Shown in pieces: positions 15,975 to 28,400 of a DNA stretch of 64,000 nucleotides. Both the position numbers and the translations under genes were made by a program. The notes under the pieces are model-generated. The model made no database searches and was not told the DNA's origin. It worked only from the letters and a program-made list of their open reading frames with translations. Numbering within the stretch: the stretch's first letter is position 1; every line of letters starts with the position of its first letter. Source of the DNA: Eledone cirrhosa (lineage: Eukaryota); NCBI GenBank assembly GCA_964016885.1, contig OZ024743.1, positions 200,384,001 to 200,448,000 of the forward strand, in the 5' to 3' direction.

Positions 15975-16170
15975 TGGTTTCTTATATAGGCACAAGGCCA
16001 GCAATTTTGGGAGAGGGGACAGTCGATTAAATCGACTGCAGTGCGTGACTGGTCCTTTATTTTATCGGCCTTGTAAGGATGAAAGGCAAAGTTAACCTCG
16101 GCGGGATTTGACCTCAGATCACTCTATGCTGCAAAGCATGGCATCCGACCCTCTACCGATACTGCCAAAT
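15975..16170 (-). mobile_element. tRNA-derived SINE (family 1, diverged)
   Basis: Reverse complement of tggcagtatcggtagagggtcgga...aaatcccgccgaggttaactttgcctttcatcc...gctggccttgtgcc. Confidence 0.85.
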
Positions 16171-17184
16171 GTTCGGAATTTTGGAGAAATGCATAGCCGT
16201 TACAATTCCAAGAATATGACCCTGCGAGAATGAAAAAATAAATTTAACTCCCGCTGGATTTCACCGCAGAAAGTAAAGGACGTAACTATTCACAATAAAA
16301 AATATTTCAGTACTACACTAATGCGAATTTGGCTATGATTGTCTTGTGCATGTGTGTGTGTGTGTGCGTGTGCGTGTGTGTGTGTGTATGTGTGTATGTG
16401 TGCGTGTGTGTGCGTATATGTCAGTATGGGAGTAATGTAAGTCGAAAACAGCTTTTCTTTCAAACACATTGAAAACACGACTAGGTTCCTGCGTGATAAT
16501 TTTTATTTGGGATTTTGTTCGTGCATGTGTGTGTAATCCTTTGTTGAATACCACAACCAATTAATTCAAAATCCAAACGTTTAATCTACTTATTAATTTA
16601 TTTGAATGTTCAGTATATTTAATCAGTCAACTTACTTTAAGTTAATAACGATGTTGTAGGGAAGCATATGCATGTATATATATGTATGTATGTATGTAAT
16701 GTTGGTGGTGGTGGTGGTGGTGGCGATTTTTAACACATGCACAAAAACATTCATTATTTTTGTTTGTCTGGATGGGGTATATTGTCGATTAAATCGACAC
16801 CAGTATTGTTGGTTTGAATAACCATAGAAGAAAATCTTATCAGATCAAAATATAACCGATAAGAAAATCTCTTGGAATCCCCACAAGATAAGTTCACTAG
16901 AAATAAGAAAGGAAGTAGTTAACTAGAACTTAAATCCAGACCAAACTCTACGAGACTGAGAACAAAGAAATAGTGACGTTTGTAAAGCGGCAAATTATGT
17001 TTTGTTGTTGGTTCATTCTGTCAGGCAACAGGAAATCAAATATGCTGCCAGACAGGAAACACTCCCTACAACTGTAAAGAGACAAAATCTTGTTCGGTAC
17101 GGACCTGTATCCTCCCACAACACATGGTCTAAAAGTATTCCCTAGGAGTGGGGCGGGTGGGGTGGGGGTCGAGGAAGATGCAAA

Positions 17185-17570
17185 CAAAGACATTTCTTGT
17201 CCGATAACATCATGCAGTAAACAGATCACGACACTTTCACCCTTCTGCGTATGACAGAGGAGAGAGAGAGACCAGTGACGAGTGCTGACTGCCAAAACAT
17301 CTTGAAGGGTACCCCAACACTTAATGCATGTTACAAATGGCGTAGTTTGTTTAATTACATCAAATGTGTCCCTTACGCCAAAGACATTTCTGGTCCGATA
17401 ACATCAGATACTGAACAGATCACGGCATGTTGACCCTTCTATGCATGACAGAGGGGAGAGAGACCAGTAACAAGTGCTGACTGCCAAAACATATCGAGTG
17501 GCACCCCAACGACTGCTGCAGGTTATGAATGGCGTATCTTGTTTGATTACATCCAATGTGTCCTTACCAA
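17185..17570. repeat. Diverged tandem duplication of a ~194-bp complex unit
   Basis: caaagacatttct(t/g)gtccgataacatca...gtgctgactgccaaaacat...ttacatc.aatgtgtcc starts at ~17185 and again at ~17379. Confidence 0.85.
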
Positions 17571-17796
17571 GGATATATATCGCCTAGTTTCGATGGCTGA
17601 TATTAGAAGTTTTAATGATAATCAGGCTTCAAGTAAATTGCAATTTCTTTAAACTGCAATTGATACCAATAGTCTATCATGCAACACGTGAAACATTGCC
17701 ACAGTGGGGCTGATTCGGTTGTTATTGCTGTTGCAGCTGCTGTTGTTGTATTCGTTGTTGTTGTTGTTGTTGTTGTTGTTATTGTTTGATATTGTT

Positions 17797-18012
17797 GTGA
17801 AGGCGTGTGGCTGAGTGGTTAGAGAATTGGATTCGCAATCGTGAGGTTGTGAGTTCGATTCCAGAACCGGGCGATGCGTTATGTCCTTGAGTAAGACACT
17901 TTATTTCACGTTGCTCCTTCTACCTGGAGTTGCGACCGATAGATAGTATTAGCAATTGGAAAGACCAATGGAAACATTGTTTCCTCGGTCCGATTTGCCG
18001 AAAGTCGATCGT
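17797..18012 (+). mobile_element. tRNA-derived SINE (family 2) with CORE-like central domain
   Basis: A box TGGCTGAGTGG, B box GAGTTCGATTCC, then gtccttgagtaagacacttta. A second copy lies at 57321-57500. Confidence 0.8.
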
Positions 18013-18225
18013 TCAAAAAAAAAAAATTGTAGTTTTAGCTCCAGATCTGCTTCTTTATAGAGTGGTGAAGGTGTTGATGGTGATGATAATGGCGATGTTG
18101 ATGTTGGAGCTCAGTAAATGCGACGTTGATGGTTGGGAACTTAAAATAACAATAAAAAAAACACATAAAGGAAACATACCTACACTCACGTACATGCATG
18201 CACACACACACAAGCACACACACGC

Positions 18226-18262
<37 letters not shown>

Positions 18263-18457
18263 CAAAAATGAGCATCAACAAATATTCGTAATCGCATGCA
18301 TAAAAGTATGCATACATCTATGTATGTACATATGCACGCGTATATACGTATAAACATAAGGTTAGGCGCACACATGTTTACACACAATCATGCGCACACA
18401 GATACAAAATCACTCTTACACTTACTTATTCGCTGCCCTCCCCCTCTCTCTAGATAT

Positions 18458-18512
<55 letters not shown>

Positions 18513-18678
18513 CAACAACACAAAATGGTATGTAATTAAAAAAATAGATATCAAAACAACAAAATATACGAAAATATAATAGAAATCTGTACATGAGTGA
18601 GTGTCGCATTCATACACACACACATATGTACACATATACAACCACCCACCAACCACACACGTTCACAAAATACACATA

Positions 18679-18714
<36 letters not shown>

Positions 18715-18827
18715 GCGCATGTTTGTATATATGTATGTATGTTAGTAGGTATGTATGTGAGTTGGTTTGTGTGTATGTAATGTATATTGATATATATATA
18801 GAGAGAGATATATAGATATATATGTGG

Positions 18828-18883
<56 letters not shown>

Positions 18884-19443
18884 AGAGAGAGAGAGAGACA
18901 ACATATATATAGACAATATATATATTAATATCTAAATAATGTGCTGCTGTTCATGCTCAAGATATTTCTAAAAAGAGGAAGTGAACCTAAGTGAAAATCG
19001 TTCCTTTTCCATTGTTGCTACGCAATACTTTATTTAGTCATTCATCCTGAGGATTTTTGGAAGTTTTCTCTGGATTTTCTTTATTTATTTTCATTGTTAT
19101 GGACTTTTTTGTGTACGAAGTGGGTTTTTTTATGTTTTCGTTATGTTTTTGTTTCTGCACTTTTTTTTTCGTCTGTCTTTTTTTTAAAACTAGAATTGCT
19201 TTGGTGTGGGGGGGGGGAATAGATTCTCGTCTAAATGTGTGTGTGTATAAAAGTACGTTTGTGTGTGTTTTTTATTGTACTTTTTGGTTGTTGTTGTTCT
19301 TTTTTTTCATCGGAAATGAATAAGAATAGGTTTTAAATTTTAATATAGGGTACAAATGGAAAATTCTTATCCGTGCAAAAAATAAATAAATAGAATAAGA
19401 TAATGATAATAATAATAATAGTAATAATAATAATAATAATAAT

Positions 19444-22400
19444 GCTATCTTTATTAACCACAAGGGTTTACATAAAGTAGACATTAAGCACAGTACAGGA
19501 CAATACAGGACGGTACAAATGGGCATTTTTGCGTGTAAAAAAAACAAAGGATGTAATAAAAAATAACAATGAAAAATTCCCCAATAGGGGAGAGACTTCC
19601 GAGGGACATTTGTGGAGAAAGCCCATTAAAAGGCCACAGTGACCCTGACCACCGGGGCAAGTGCCCTCTCCCAGTTTTCCACCTTTAATTTACAGACAGA
19701 TACTCAGAGTAGGCCCATTCACACGGGCCATACTTGCTTCTCTCACCCATCTTTCAACAAAATGCTGGGAAGAGAGCACTTCCCTCTCTACCCTGATTTT
19801 CCTTTTCAAATGAAATTTGAAAAAGTTAATCAGGGCATCACCGAAGAGGTAAGTGCTCGTCTTCAGCCCTTTCAAACGTGTCCACCATACTATCTCTTTC
19901 GCCATGGCCACCAGACAGATAAAAACTGCCTGCCCTTCTCGGCTAAAGGAGGAGGGCGGGGCAATCCTCACGATGGACTCAGCTGATAGCTGCATCCGTC
20001 CTACACGTTGCAGCAGGTGTTCGACATAAACCCACAAGTCAGCAATGCTCGGACACTGGACGAGTGCGTGCAGGACGGTTTCGTCGTCCTGAGCGTATCT
20101 TGGACATGCCCGGCTGAGGGCACCTTCATGCCTGTAGAGTTTATCCCGAACTGGCAAAGCACCCCGGTAGCACTGCCAGGCCAGGGATTTCTGGAAGTTG
20201 TCCATAGGCCCCGGCCCGAAAGTCCTTCCAAAGAGATTGGCTAGTTGATTTTCGTCGACGCCTAGAGTTTCTCCAAGTACGTCGTCGCTCTTCCCCTCCA
20301 CTAATCCTCTATAGAACTCCAAGGTGGAGATTCCACCGATCACATTGCCCGATTGGTCGAGGGCTGTGAGCGCCTGAAGACATTCCAGTCTCCAAGCGCT
20401 CCCTCTCGGTCTTCGCTTGACCCAGGACTGCAGCTCCGTCAAGGAGACGAGCTGGGGAACAACGTGTCTAGCAAACAGCGACCACACCTGATCACCGTCG
20501 AGGAAGAGGTGGAAATGTCGTAGCCTGAGCGCGTGTCTGCGCATCATCAGCCACGGCATTCCCAGCCCTCCACGTAGCGGGTGTTGACAGCAGATGGACC
20601 GTCTGACCATCGGAGCGCGTCCCTTCCACAAAAAGCGAAAGAGCAAACGCTCCAGCGCAGTCAGGCGGGGCTTAGGACAAGGTACGACGGTCAGGCAGTA
20701 GTAGATGACGGACGCGATGTACGCGTTAGCCACCTCCGCTCGATCTTTCAGGGATAGCTTCCTCTCGGCCCATTTCTGGGTGAGAGAAGCCACCCTGCTC
20801 GTCACCTCGTCCCAGTTTTTTTGTCCGTCAGGAGGTCCGGACCGAACCAGACCCCTAGCAATTTAACCGGTCCGTCCGTCCAGTGCCCGACGACGCTGTT
20901 GGACGGCATGGACCTCCCTCTCCAGGTGCCGAGCTGCAGGCCCACTGACTTTTCCTGGTTGATCATTGCTCCTGTCATCGCTTCGTATTCTCTTAGTATA
21001 GTGCCGATCTCCTCGATGTGTTTGGCGTTCGACACCACTACGGGGACATCGTCCGCATATGCTGATACGGATCTTCAGCGTCCTAATTCGCGCGGGACGG
21101 CCCTCAACGTCTCCAGTTTGTGCAGTAATGGCTCGAGAGTCAATAAGTACAAGAGGGACGAGAGGGGATATCCTTGGCGGACCGAGCGCATGATATTGAA
21201 TGGTTCTGAAAGGTGACCGTTCACTCTCACCACAGAGCAGATGTCGCTGTGCATGGCAGCGATCCAGCCTCTGAAGACGGGCCCAAAGCCAGCCGCCTTC
21301 ATGACTGACGCTAGGTAACGATGGTCGACCCTATCGAAAGCTTTCGACTGATAAAAATTGACCAAGGACACACACGTGCCAGGTTCCCTAGCTACCCTCT
21401 CTAAGATGTATCGCATGAGGTGGAGGTTGTCGTGGATGGCGCATGTCTGCGCCTCTCCCACCAGACCACCAACGACAAGCGCCAACCTCTTTGCTAGCAC
21501 CTTGACCAAAATTTTGAACTCTGTGTTTAGCAGAGTTATGGGCCTGAAATTATCTATTAACCCCCTTGTTCGGATCCTCTCTCAGCAGCACCACAGCTCC
21601 TCGGCTCACAGAGATTTGAGTTCTCTCGTTCTGTGGCCAGTTGCAGTAGACGTCCGCCAAGAGGCCTCCGGACAAGTCTGGCATCTGTACGTAAAGTTCA
21701 TAGGGCAGACCATCCAAACCAGGCTATTTACCCCTTGTGCAGCCAGTCATTGCCTCCCGTACTTCAGCGGCTGTTATCGGCTTTTCGCAACACTCCACCT
21801 CAGTGGCCGAGAGCCGCGGCAGCCCGTCGAGGTAGACAGTAAAGTCCATCCCTCGACACAGCGCACCGCTGCCCCCGAACAGCTGAGCGAAGTGTCGCTG
21901 AAAAGCTTCACACATTTGCCCGGGATCGAGTAGCATGCGCCCGTTGTGGTCCACCAAAGACCGGATCGTGGCTTTGTTGCCACGACGCGCCTCCGCCACT
22001 CGGGCCCATTGAACGGCTTTCGTCCCTTGGTGTCTGAGAGCACGCACCGTAGCTCTGACAAAGCCTTCGTGCTTTGCAATGAAGAATTGCACCCTCCTAC
22101 CCTATCCGCTAATCCCACAAAGTTCCAGCGTGCATCTAAGATCCCGTTCCAGTCGCCCATTAACACTAAAGAGCGGGACGTTCCAAGAAAGGTCTCCAGA
22201 CGCCGGAAGAAATCAGGCCGCCCTGCTCCTGTCGGGGCATAGACGGCCACTAGCCTGAAAGCTTGCCCGTCTCCGCTGGTTAATTTTAGTTTCAGTTGTG
22301 GTGGTGGTGGCGTCAGTGGTGTTCAGTGTGGAAGAGTTCATTTTGGCTGAATTCGTTTCGATATCACGAGATAATTTATTTTTTTCTTTTGTTTCTGTTG

Positions 22401-22836
22401 TCGCTGTTGTGGTGGTTGTGGTGGGGGTGGCTTCACACACCTGCAGTCATTGGTAATGGCGCAAAATGAATGTCTGCCTGAGACAAATTTAAAATATTGC
22501 TACTGCTTATATTTTTAGTGTTGGCAAACGTAGTAATATTTACAATGGTGGTGTCGGTGAGAGGTGTTAGTTTGTGAGGAAGGCTCTCAGCTACTGGGTT
22601 CAGCTGTGAGTCGGCCATTATTTTTCAAATAAATTTTTTTTTTTGATTGATAATTCTAAAAGTTTAAATTTTGGGCTCAAGGCCACAATCTTTTTGCGTG
22701 TCCTTTTCAGAAAACAATGTATGTGCACTTATATACAGTTAACAATAACATTTTTTCATAAATGGCAATTTTAAACAACTGAAAATAACAAACCTTTGCG
22801 GAGCTCACGATAATACGATTTACTATGTAGGTCGCC
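19444..22836 (-). mobile_element. Tx1-like LINE, same subfamily as 32849-38700, with large internal deletions
   Basis: 5' end ggcgacctacatagtaaatcg matches 32849. ORF1 start is fused to the APE region. RT SAYADD and zf-RVT remnants are present. (AAT)n lies on both sides. Confidence 0.92.
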
Positions 22837-22865
<29 letters not shown>

Positions 22866-22867
<2 letters not shown>

Positions 22868-23093
22868 CTTTCTTTATTAACCACAAGGGTTTACATAAAG
22901 TAGACATTAAGGACAGTACAGGACAATACAGGACGGTACAAATGGGCATTTCTGCGTGTAAAAAAAAACAAAAAAAAAACAGAGGATGTAACAAAAAATA
23001 ACAATGAAAAATAGTGGAGAGACTTCCGAGGGACATTTGTGGAGAAAGCCCATTAAAAGGCCACAGTGACCCTGACCACCAGGGCAAGTGACC
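22866..23093 (-). mobile_element. Tx1-like 3'UTR-only copy
   Basis: Near-identical to 19444-19665; flanked by (AAT)n. Confidence 0.9.
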
Positions 23094-23104
23094 TTATTAA
23101 TAAT

Positions 23105-23142
<38 letters not shown>

Positions 23143-23209
23143 AGTAATAATAACGATAATAACAATAACAAAATAAAGCAAATATACAGGGAAAAAGATG
23201 ACAATTAAA

Positions 23210-23440
23210 TGTTTATTTATGCCCTTGAGAAGCCCAACTAGGTGCTGTTTTAAATAAACATGTTTTAACGGTCTATTCTCCGATTTCTTACGCTCTGCTA
23301 ACTCTCTAGCCCACTAAATATTAACACTTCGAATATTTAATACTGCCGGCACTAGTATCGAGCACCTTTGGCATACGCTACTTGGCAAATAACTATATGT
23401 ATCACCTATCCTCCCCTTTTGTTCTCTCTCTCGATACGTA
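23210..23440 (+). mobile_element. 3' tail fragment of the PLE family at 47380-49077
   Basis: gcccttgagaagcc...ttttaaataaa...ctgccggcactagtat matches the reverse complement of ~47380-47620; hammerhead stems II and III are deleted. Confidence 0.75.
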
Positions 23441-23447
23441 AATACTG

Positions 23448-23549
<102 letters not shown>

Positions 23550-23650
23550 ATAGAAGTTAATATACCCAAGGATACTAAGTACCCCTGAAAATATATAGGT
23601 TGTCGATATATTTTATCGTTCCTGGGTCTTTAGCCCTAGGAAAGAAAAAT

Positions 23651-23732
23651 GCTTCTCTGATGAACTTTGATTTTCCATTAGAAATCCATTGGATTTCTGG
23701 TGTTTTACAAAGCGAAACCGATCGGTCAGGGC
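23651..23732 (+). ncRNA. Type I hammerhead ribozyme candidate with palindromic stem III
   Basis: ttct-CTGATGA-actttg...caaagc-GAAA-CCGATCGG-TC-aggg; GUC cleavage triplet; lies in a ~270-bp cassette between (TA)n tracts. Confidence 0.7.
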
Positions 23733-24181
23733 GAAAAGGATAGGTAAATATTTAAATTATATTTTTTAATTTATTTAAAAAAATTGGTTGAATTTTGCTT
23801 GTTCTGCTTATCTTAATATATATATATATATATATAATATATATATAAGCGGAAAAAATGAAAAGAAATTTCATTTCTCACTCTTAGTACGGCTGTTACT
23901 TAATTATAAGTATGTATACGTACATACATATATACAGACGTAGAGTATATATACATACATGCACACATATATATATGTACGTATGGATTCACCGAACATT
24001 TATTATAATGCTCGGTGTGTTTGTAAACAAACATCCTGAATTAAGCCGTACAGTGTCTAGCAACCATCGTTGCTCATTTGTTCAACACTGACAAAGGAAC
24101 GCTGTACTAGTTTCAAGCTTATTAGCTATCGTCAGTAACGTATACCTTGCTGCCAGATGGTTCAATATATATATATATACA

Positions 24182-24299
<118 letters not shown>

Positions 24300-24372
24300 C
24301 ATACATACATATATATATATATACTAAATTTCCAATTATATATACATATATATATATATACATATATATATA

Positions 24373-24446
24373 TTAGGTTGTAACATAAATTCCCGCCGTT
24401 TTTATTACAAATTATAACAACGGCGGGAATTTGTGTTACAACCTAA
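24373..24446. mobile_element. MADE1-like mariner-derived MITE (74 bp)
   Basis: TIRs TTAGGTTGTAACATAAATTCCCGCCGTT and its complement; TA on both sides; ends resemble mariner TTAGGTTG termini. Confidence 0.8.
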
Positions 24447-24458
24447 TATATATGGTTG

Positions 24459-24586
24459 TAAATGTGTGAGTGTGAGTGTATATACTTCTATATATCTATA
24501 TATACACACACACACATATATATATATATATCAGTGTGTGTATATATAGATATATAGAAGTATATACACTCACACTCACACATTTA
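24459..24586. repeat. Low-complexity inverted duplication around a (TA)n core
   Basis: taaatgtgtgagtgtgagtgtatatacttctatatatctatatatacacac and its exact reverse complement. Confidence 0.85.
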
Positions 24587-24613
24587 TGTATATTCAAACA
24601 CGACTATACATAT

Positions 24614-24696
24614 AGAGGGCGCCCCAAAATATGTATACACACTTCAACAGCATGCTAATAAAAATGTGTAAACATTTGGGGGGGGGGGACACGCTA
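24614..24696. mobile_element. Degenerate Tc1/mariner MITE, same family as 61842-61940
   Basis: agggcgccccaaaatatgtatacac...gtgtaaacatttgggg..gacac. Confidence 0.55.
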
Positions 24697-25064
24697 TATA
24701 TGCGTGTTCATGCGTGCCTGTGTAACTGTGTGGTAAAAGGTAGTATTTTTATTGGTATGTGTAATCAAATGTACCACCAATTTACTATATCTGTTTCTCT
24801 TTTACTCTTTCACTCTTTTACCCGATCCAGCCATCCGGCTGAGGCCATGCTGGGGCACCGTTGTTTTTCATGTCTATTTTCCTTCTGCATTGGGTAAGAG
24901 AGAAATAAAGAAAGAGGTTGTGTGAAAATGAAATTTATTCGTTATCCCATTCTTTCTTAACAGATTATTTGAAGCCACATCAATATCAACAAAACTTAAT
25001 GCTGTGATTATAATAGATTTAATTGCTTACGATTAAAACAATGCCAAGGACGTCAAATGAAATA

Positions 25065-25235
25065 TTCTTCTTCTTCTTCTTCTTCTTCTTCTTCTTCTTC
25101 TTCTTCTTCTTCTTCTTCTTCTTCTTCTTCTTCTTCTTCTTCTTCTTCTTCTTCTTCTTCTTCTTCATCTTTACCATCATCATCTTCATCATTATCATCA
25201 TCATAATGTTTCTTCTTCTTCTTATTATTCTTCTT
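25065..25235. repeat. (TTC)n/(ATC)n microsatellite
   Basis: Directly visible. Confidence 0.95.
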
Positions 25236-25285
25236 ACCAGTAATGCACTGGGTAATTGCTGGCCTTGTGCCTAAAGTAGAAACAG

Positions 25286-25322
<37 letters not shown>

Positions 25323-25441
25323 AATCCCGCCGATGTTGACTTTTATCCTTACGGGGTCGATAAAATAGAGTACCAGTAATGCACCGGGTAATTGCTGGCC
25401 TTGTGCCTAACGTAGAAACAATTATTATTATTATTATTATT
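25235..25441 (+). mobile_element. Two 5'-truncated family-1 SINEs, each with an (ATT)n tail
   Basis: taccagtaatgcac.gggtaattgctggccttgtgccta..gtagaaaca occurs twice. Confidence 0.85.
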
Positions 25442-28400
25442 GGTCTAATCGGACGCATTTTGCTCGATCCCAGTAAGTCGCTTTATTTGCCTGTTAAAAT
25501 TATTTGTTGTTAAATATTTCTTGTTGTGTAAGGGATATAAGCCATTAGACTTTGCCCTGTGAAGGGGAAAGTATAATATTTGGGCCTTTTGGCCCAAATA
25601 TTTGAACTTTTTTTTACATGTTAAAAAATTTACGGAGGAAAAAAAAACATGGCTGAGCCACACCCCCCAGCGATATGTCTGCTGTCGAACCACAACGACG
25701 TAGAAGTTGAGAGGAGCGCTACAGCGAAATTAACACAAATTGATAACACAAACACCATCACAAACAAGGTAAACAAAGACACCAATGATACCAATAAGAA
25801 CTCTAATTTTGAAAAAAATTACAGTAACAGCGACAACGAAAATACAGATAGACAATCCCGGAACACATTCGCCTTCAGAATGGGACGGTCATTCACATTA
25901 TGACCGAAGGCAAAAGACCGCAGTGTTTTGTTTGTGGGGAAAAAACCCATTTGCGAGCCTTCTGCCCTCAACTGCTGAAAGAGGCAAGGGGTCGAAAGGC
26001 TCCACTGCTGCCGTCGCCGGGGCGAGGACCATAACCAACACCAGCACCGGCAAAACCACCAACAACAACACCAATAGAAAGACCACCACCAACATTGACC
26101 ACCCAGGGGGGAAACGAGGAAAGCTGTCAAATTCCGCCCCCCCCCCCCAAAAAAAAATACACACACCAATAAAACCATAAACATACATACAGACACACTT
26201 ACAGACACAGACCCCCTCATCTACCAGTAGTGAAAATGAGGGAAAACCAAAGTCCCCCAAAATACAAAAAAGGAAACACAAAAAGAAAAAAAAAACTCAA
26301 CAAAGCACAAAATCACCCCCAATAAAAAACGCAGACACCACCCACGCAAACATCTCTACAATAACACCAACATCAACACCACCATCACCATCACCAGAAT
26401 CCTCCAAACGCAAACAACCTAAACAGACGAAAGAACAAATATACACACAAACATCTGAAACCACAGACACCGCACTCACAACAAACACAGACACAACCGA
26501 AACAACACCACCAAAACCATCACCACCACAGCAACGCAAACAAATAAAATCACACCAACAAAATATACAAAACTTCGTGCTCGTCAGGAGGGCCAACAAG
26601 GAACTGATGTCCCTCGTACCACGAAGTGAAAATATACAAAAAGAGGGGGAAATTTTTAAATCGAGCACATTTCGCGTGCCGGAAGATTTGGTTCTGGTGC
26701 GAATGTAGATCGATTTATACAAAGAAATACGAGACAGCTTTCCTCGGGACGTGGGAACCCCGAACGTAAAACCCACTTCAAGACTTTTAAAGGGGTTCCC
26801 AAAAGAAGCCCCACCAACTATGGAGGTCGAACAACCCGACCTTCACAAGAGCCCGGAAGGTAAGTAAACCTTTCCTCTCTCTCTCTTTTTAACCTGCCAA
26901 CATGACCATATTAAGAGTAGGATGTTTAAATGTTCGAGGCCTGGGATCGTCCTGGAAGCAGGGTCACCTGCTCAATGACCTCAGGTCTCTAGAAATGGAT
27001 GTAATTGCCGTCAGCGAGACGAGGATTTCCGACACGCGAGCACTAGCCCGCATTTGTGACGACTATCAGTCTTTGCATCTGTTAGCCGGCCGGGAATGGG
27101 AGGTGGGGTGGCAGTGTTGTTTAGGAAAGGCCTGGATCTCGAGGTAAGGTCGATCTTCCGGGACCCGGACGGAAAGTTGGTGGTCCTGGACGTGAACAAT
27201 AACGAAGGTGGTGCCTTTAGACTGGTAACCGTCTATGCTCCTACTGGGGCAGGACGGCCGGACTTCTTTAGACGCCTGGAAGCCTTTATGGGCACGTCTC
27301 GCCCTTTCCTGTAAGCGGGGGACTGGAACGGCATTTTAGACGCACCCTGGGACTGTGTGGGAGTATCCGATAGGAGCGGGGAGTGCAAGAGCCTCAAGAA
27401 CCTGATCAGCCAGTTCCAACTGTCTGACAGGTACCGACTAGATTTCCCTAATGCGCCAGTGTGGACCCGGGCTAACCGCATACGGTCATCTAGATCGTAT
27501 ATAGACAGGATATTCATTAGGAAAATAGACAGAAATAGTGTAAGCTGTCCACGTTTTGAAACGGTCGCCTCTTCAGATCACAAGTTTGTGATCTGTATGG
27601 TCGACCTAGATAAGACGTGGAAGCTAAACGTGTCATTTCCGGCACGTAAGACTTACAGGGACCAGGTCAACAATTTAGTTAAGAAAAAGTTGACAGGGGG
27701 AGTCGTCAACAATAGATGGTGGGGGCTCTCAAAAGAGAGATTAGAGTAATGTCGATAGAGTTTAGCAAAGAAGTAGCGTTAGAGAAAAATAGAAAGGAGG
27801 GGGAGTTGGTAGATAAGTTAGACGAGGCTATTGGTAGTGACATTGCAACTGACGTGCTAGCGGCGAGAATGGCATTAGACCATTTCTTCAACGCGAAACA
27901 CGAAGGTTGCATTGTCAGAGCTAAGGCGCGTGCTCTGAGAAACGAGGGAACCAAAGCTGTCGATGGGCCCGCGTGGCAGAGGCGCAGCGTGGTAATAAAA
28001 CCACGATTCGGTCTTTGATGGACCGAGACTGGCACGAGCTGAGCGATTCCAAGAGGATGTGTGAAGCCTTTCGCCAACATTTTGCTCGGTTGTTCAGGGG
28101 AAGTGGCGGGTCAGAGATGACGGCTGACGCTGGGCGCTGCGAAAGGCCAATTACTTCAGCCAAGATTCAGGATGCCCTTGTCGGCTGCATGAGGCGCATG
28201 TCACCGGTTTGGATGGTCTGCCCTACGAGCTTTACGTAAATATGCCAGACTTGTTCTCCAATCTCCTCGAAGCCCTCTACTGCAACTGGCAGCAAAACGG
28301 GAGTATTCCCAGTTCTGTGAGCCGGGGCGTATGACGCTGATAAAGAAAGACGAGAACAAGAGGGACACATTAGACAATTTCAGGCCCATAACTCTGCTCA

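Noticed and set aside
17797-17870. tRNA gene
   Set aside because: A and B boxes run into a SINE body with no full cloverleaf; the same holds for the family-1 heads.
25019-25274. Poly-Lys/poly-Phe ORFs
   Set aside because: (TTC)n microsatellite.
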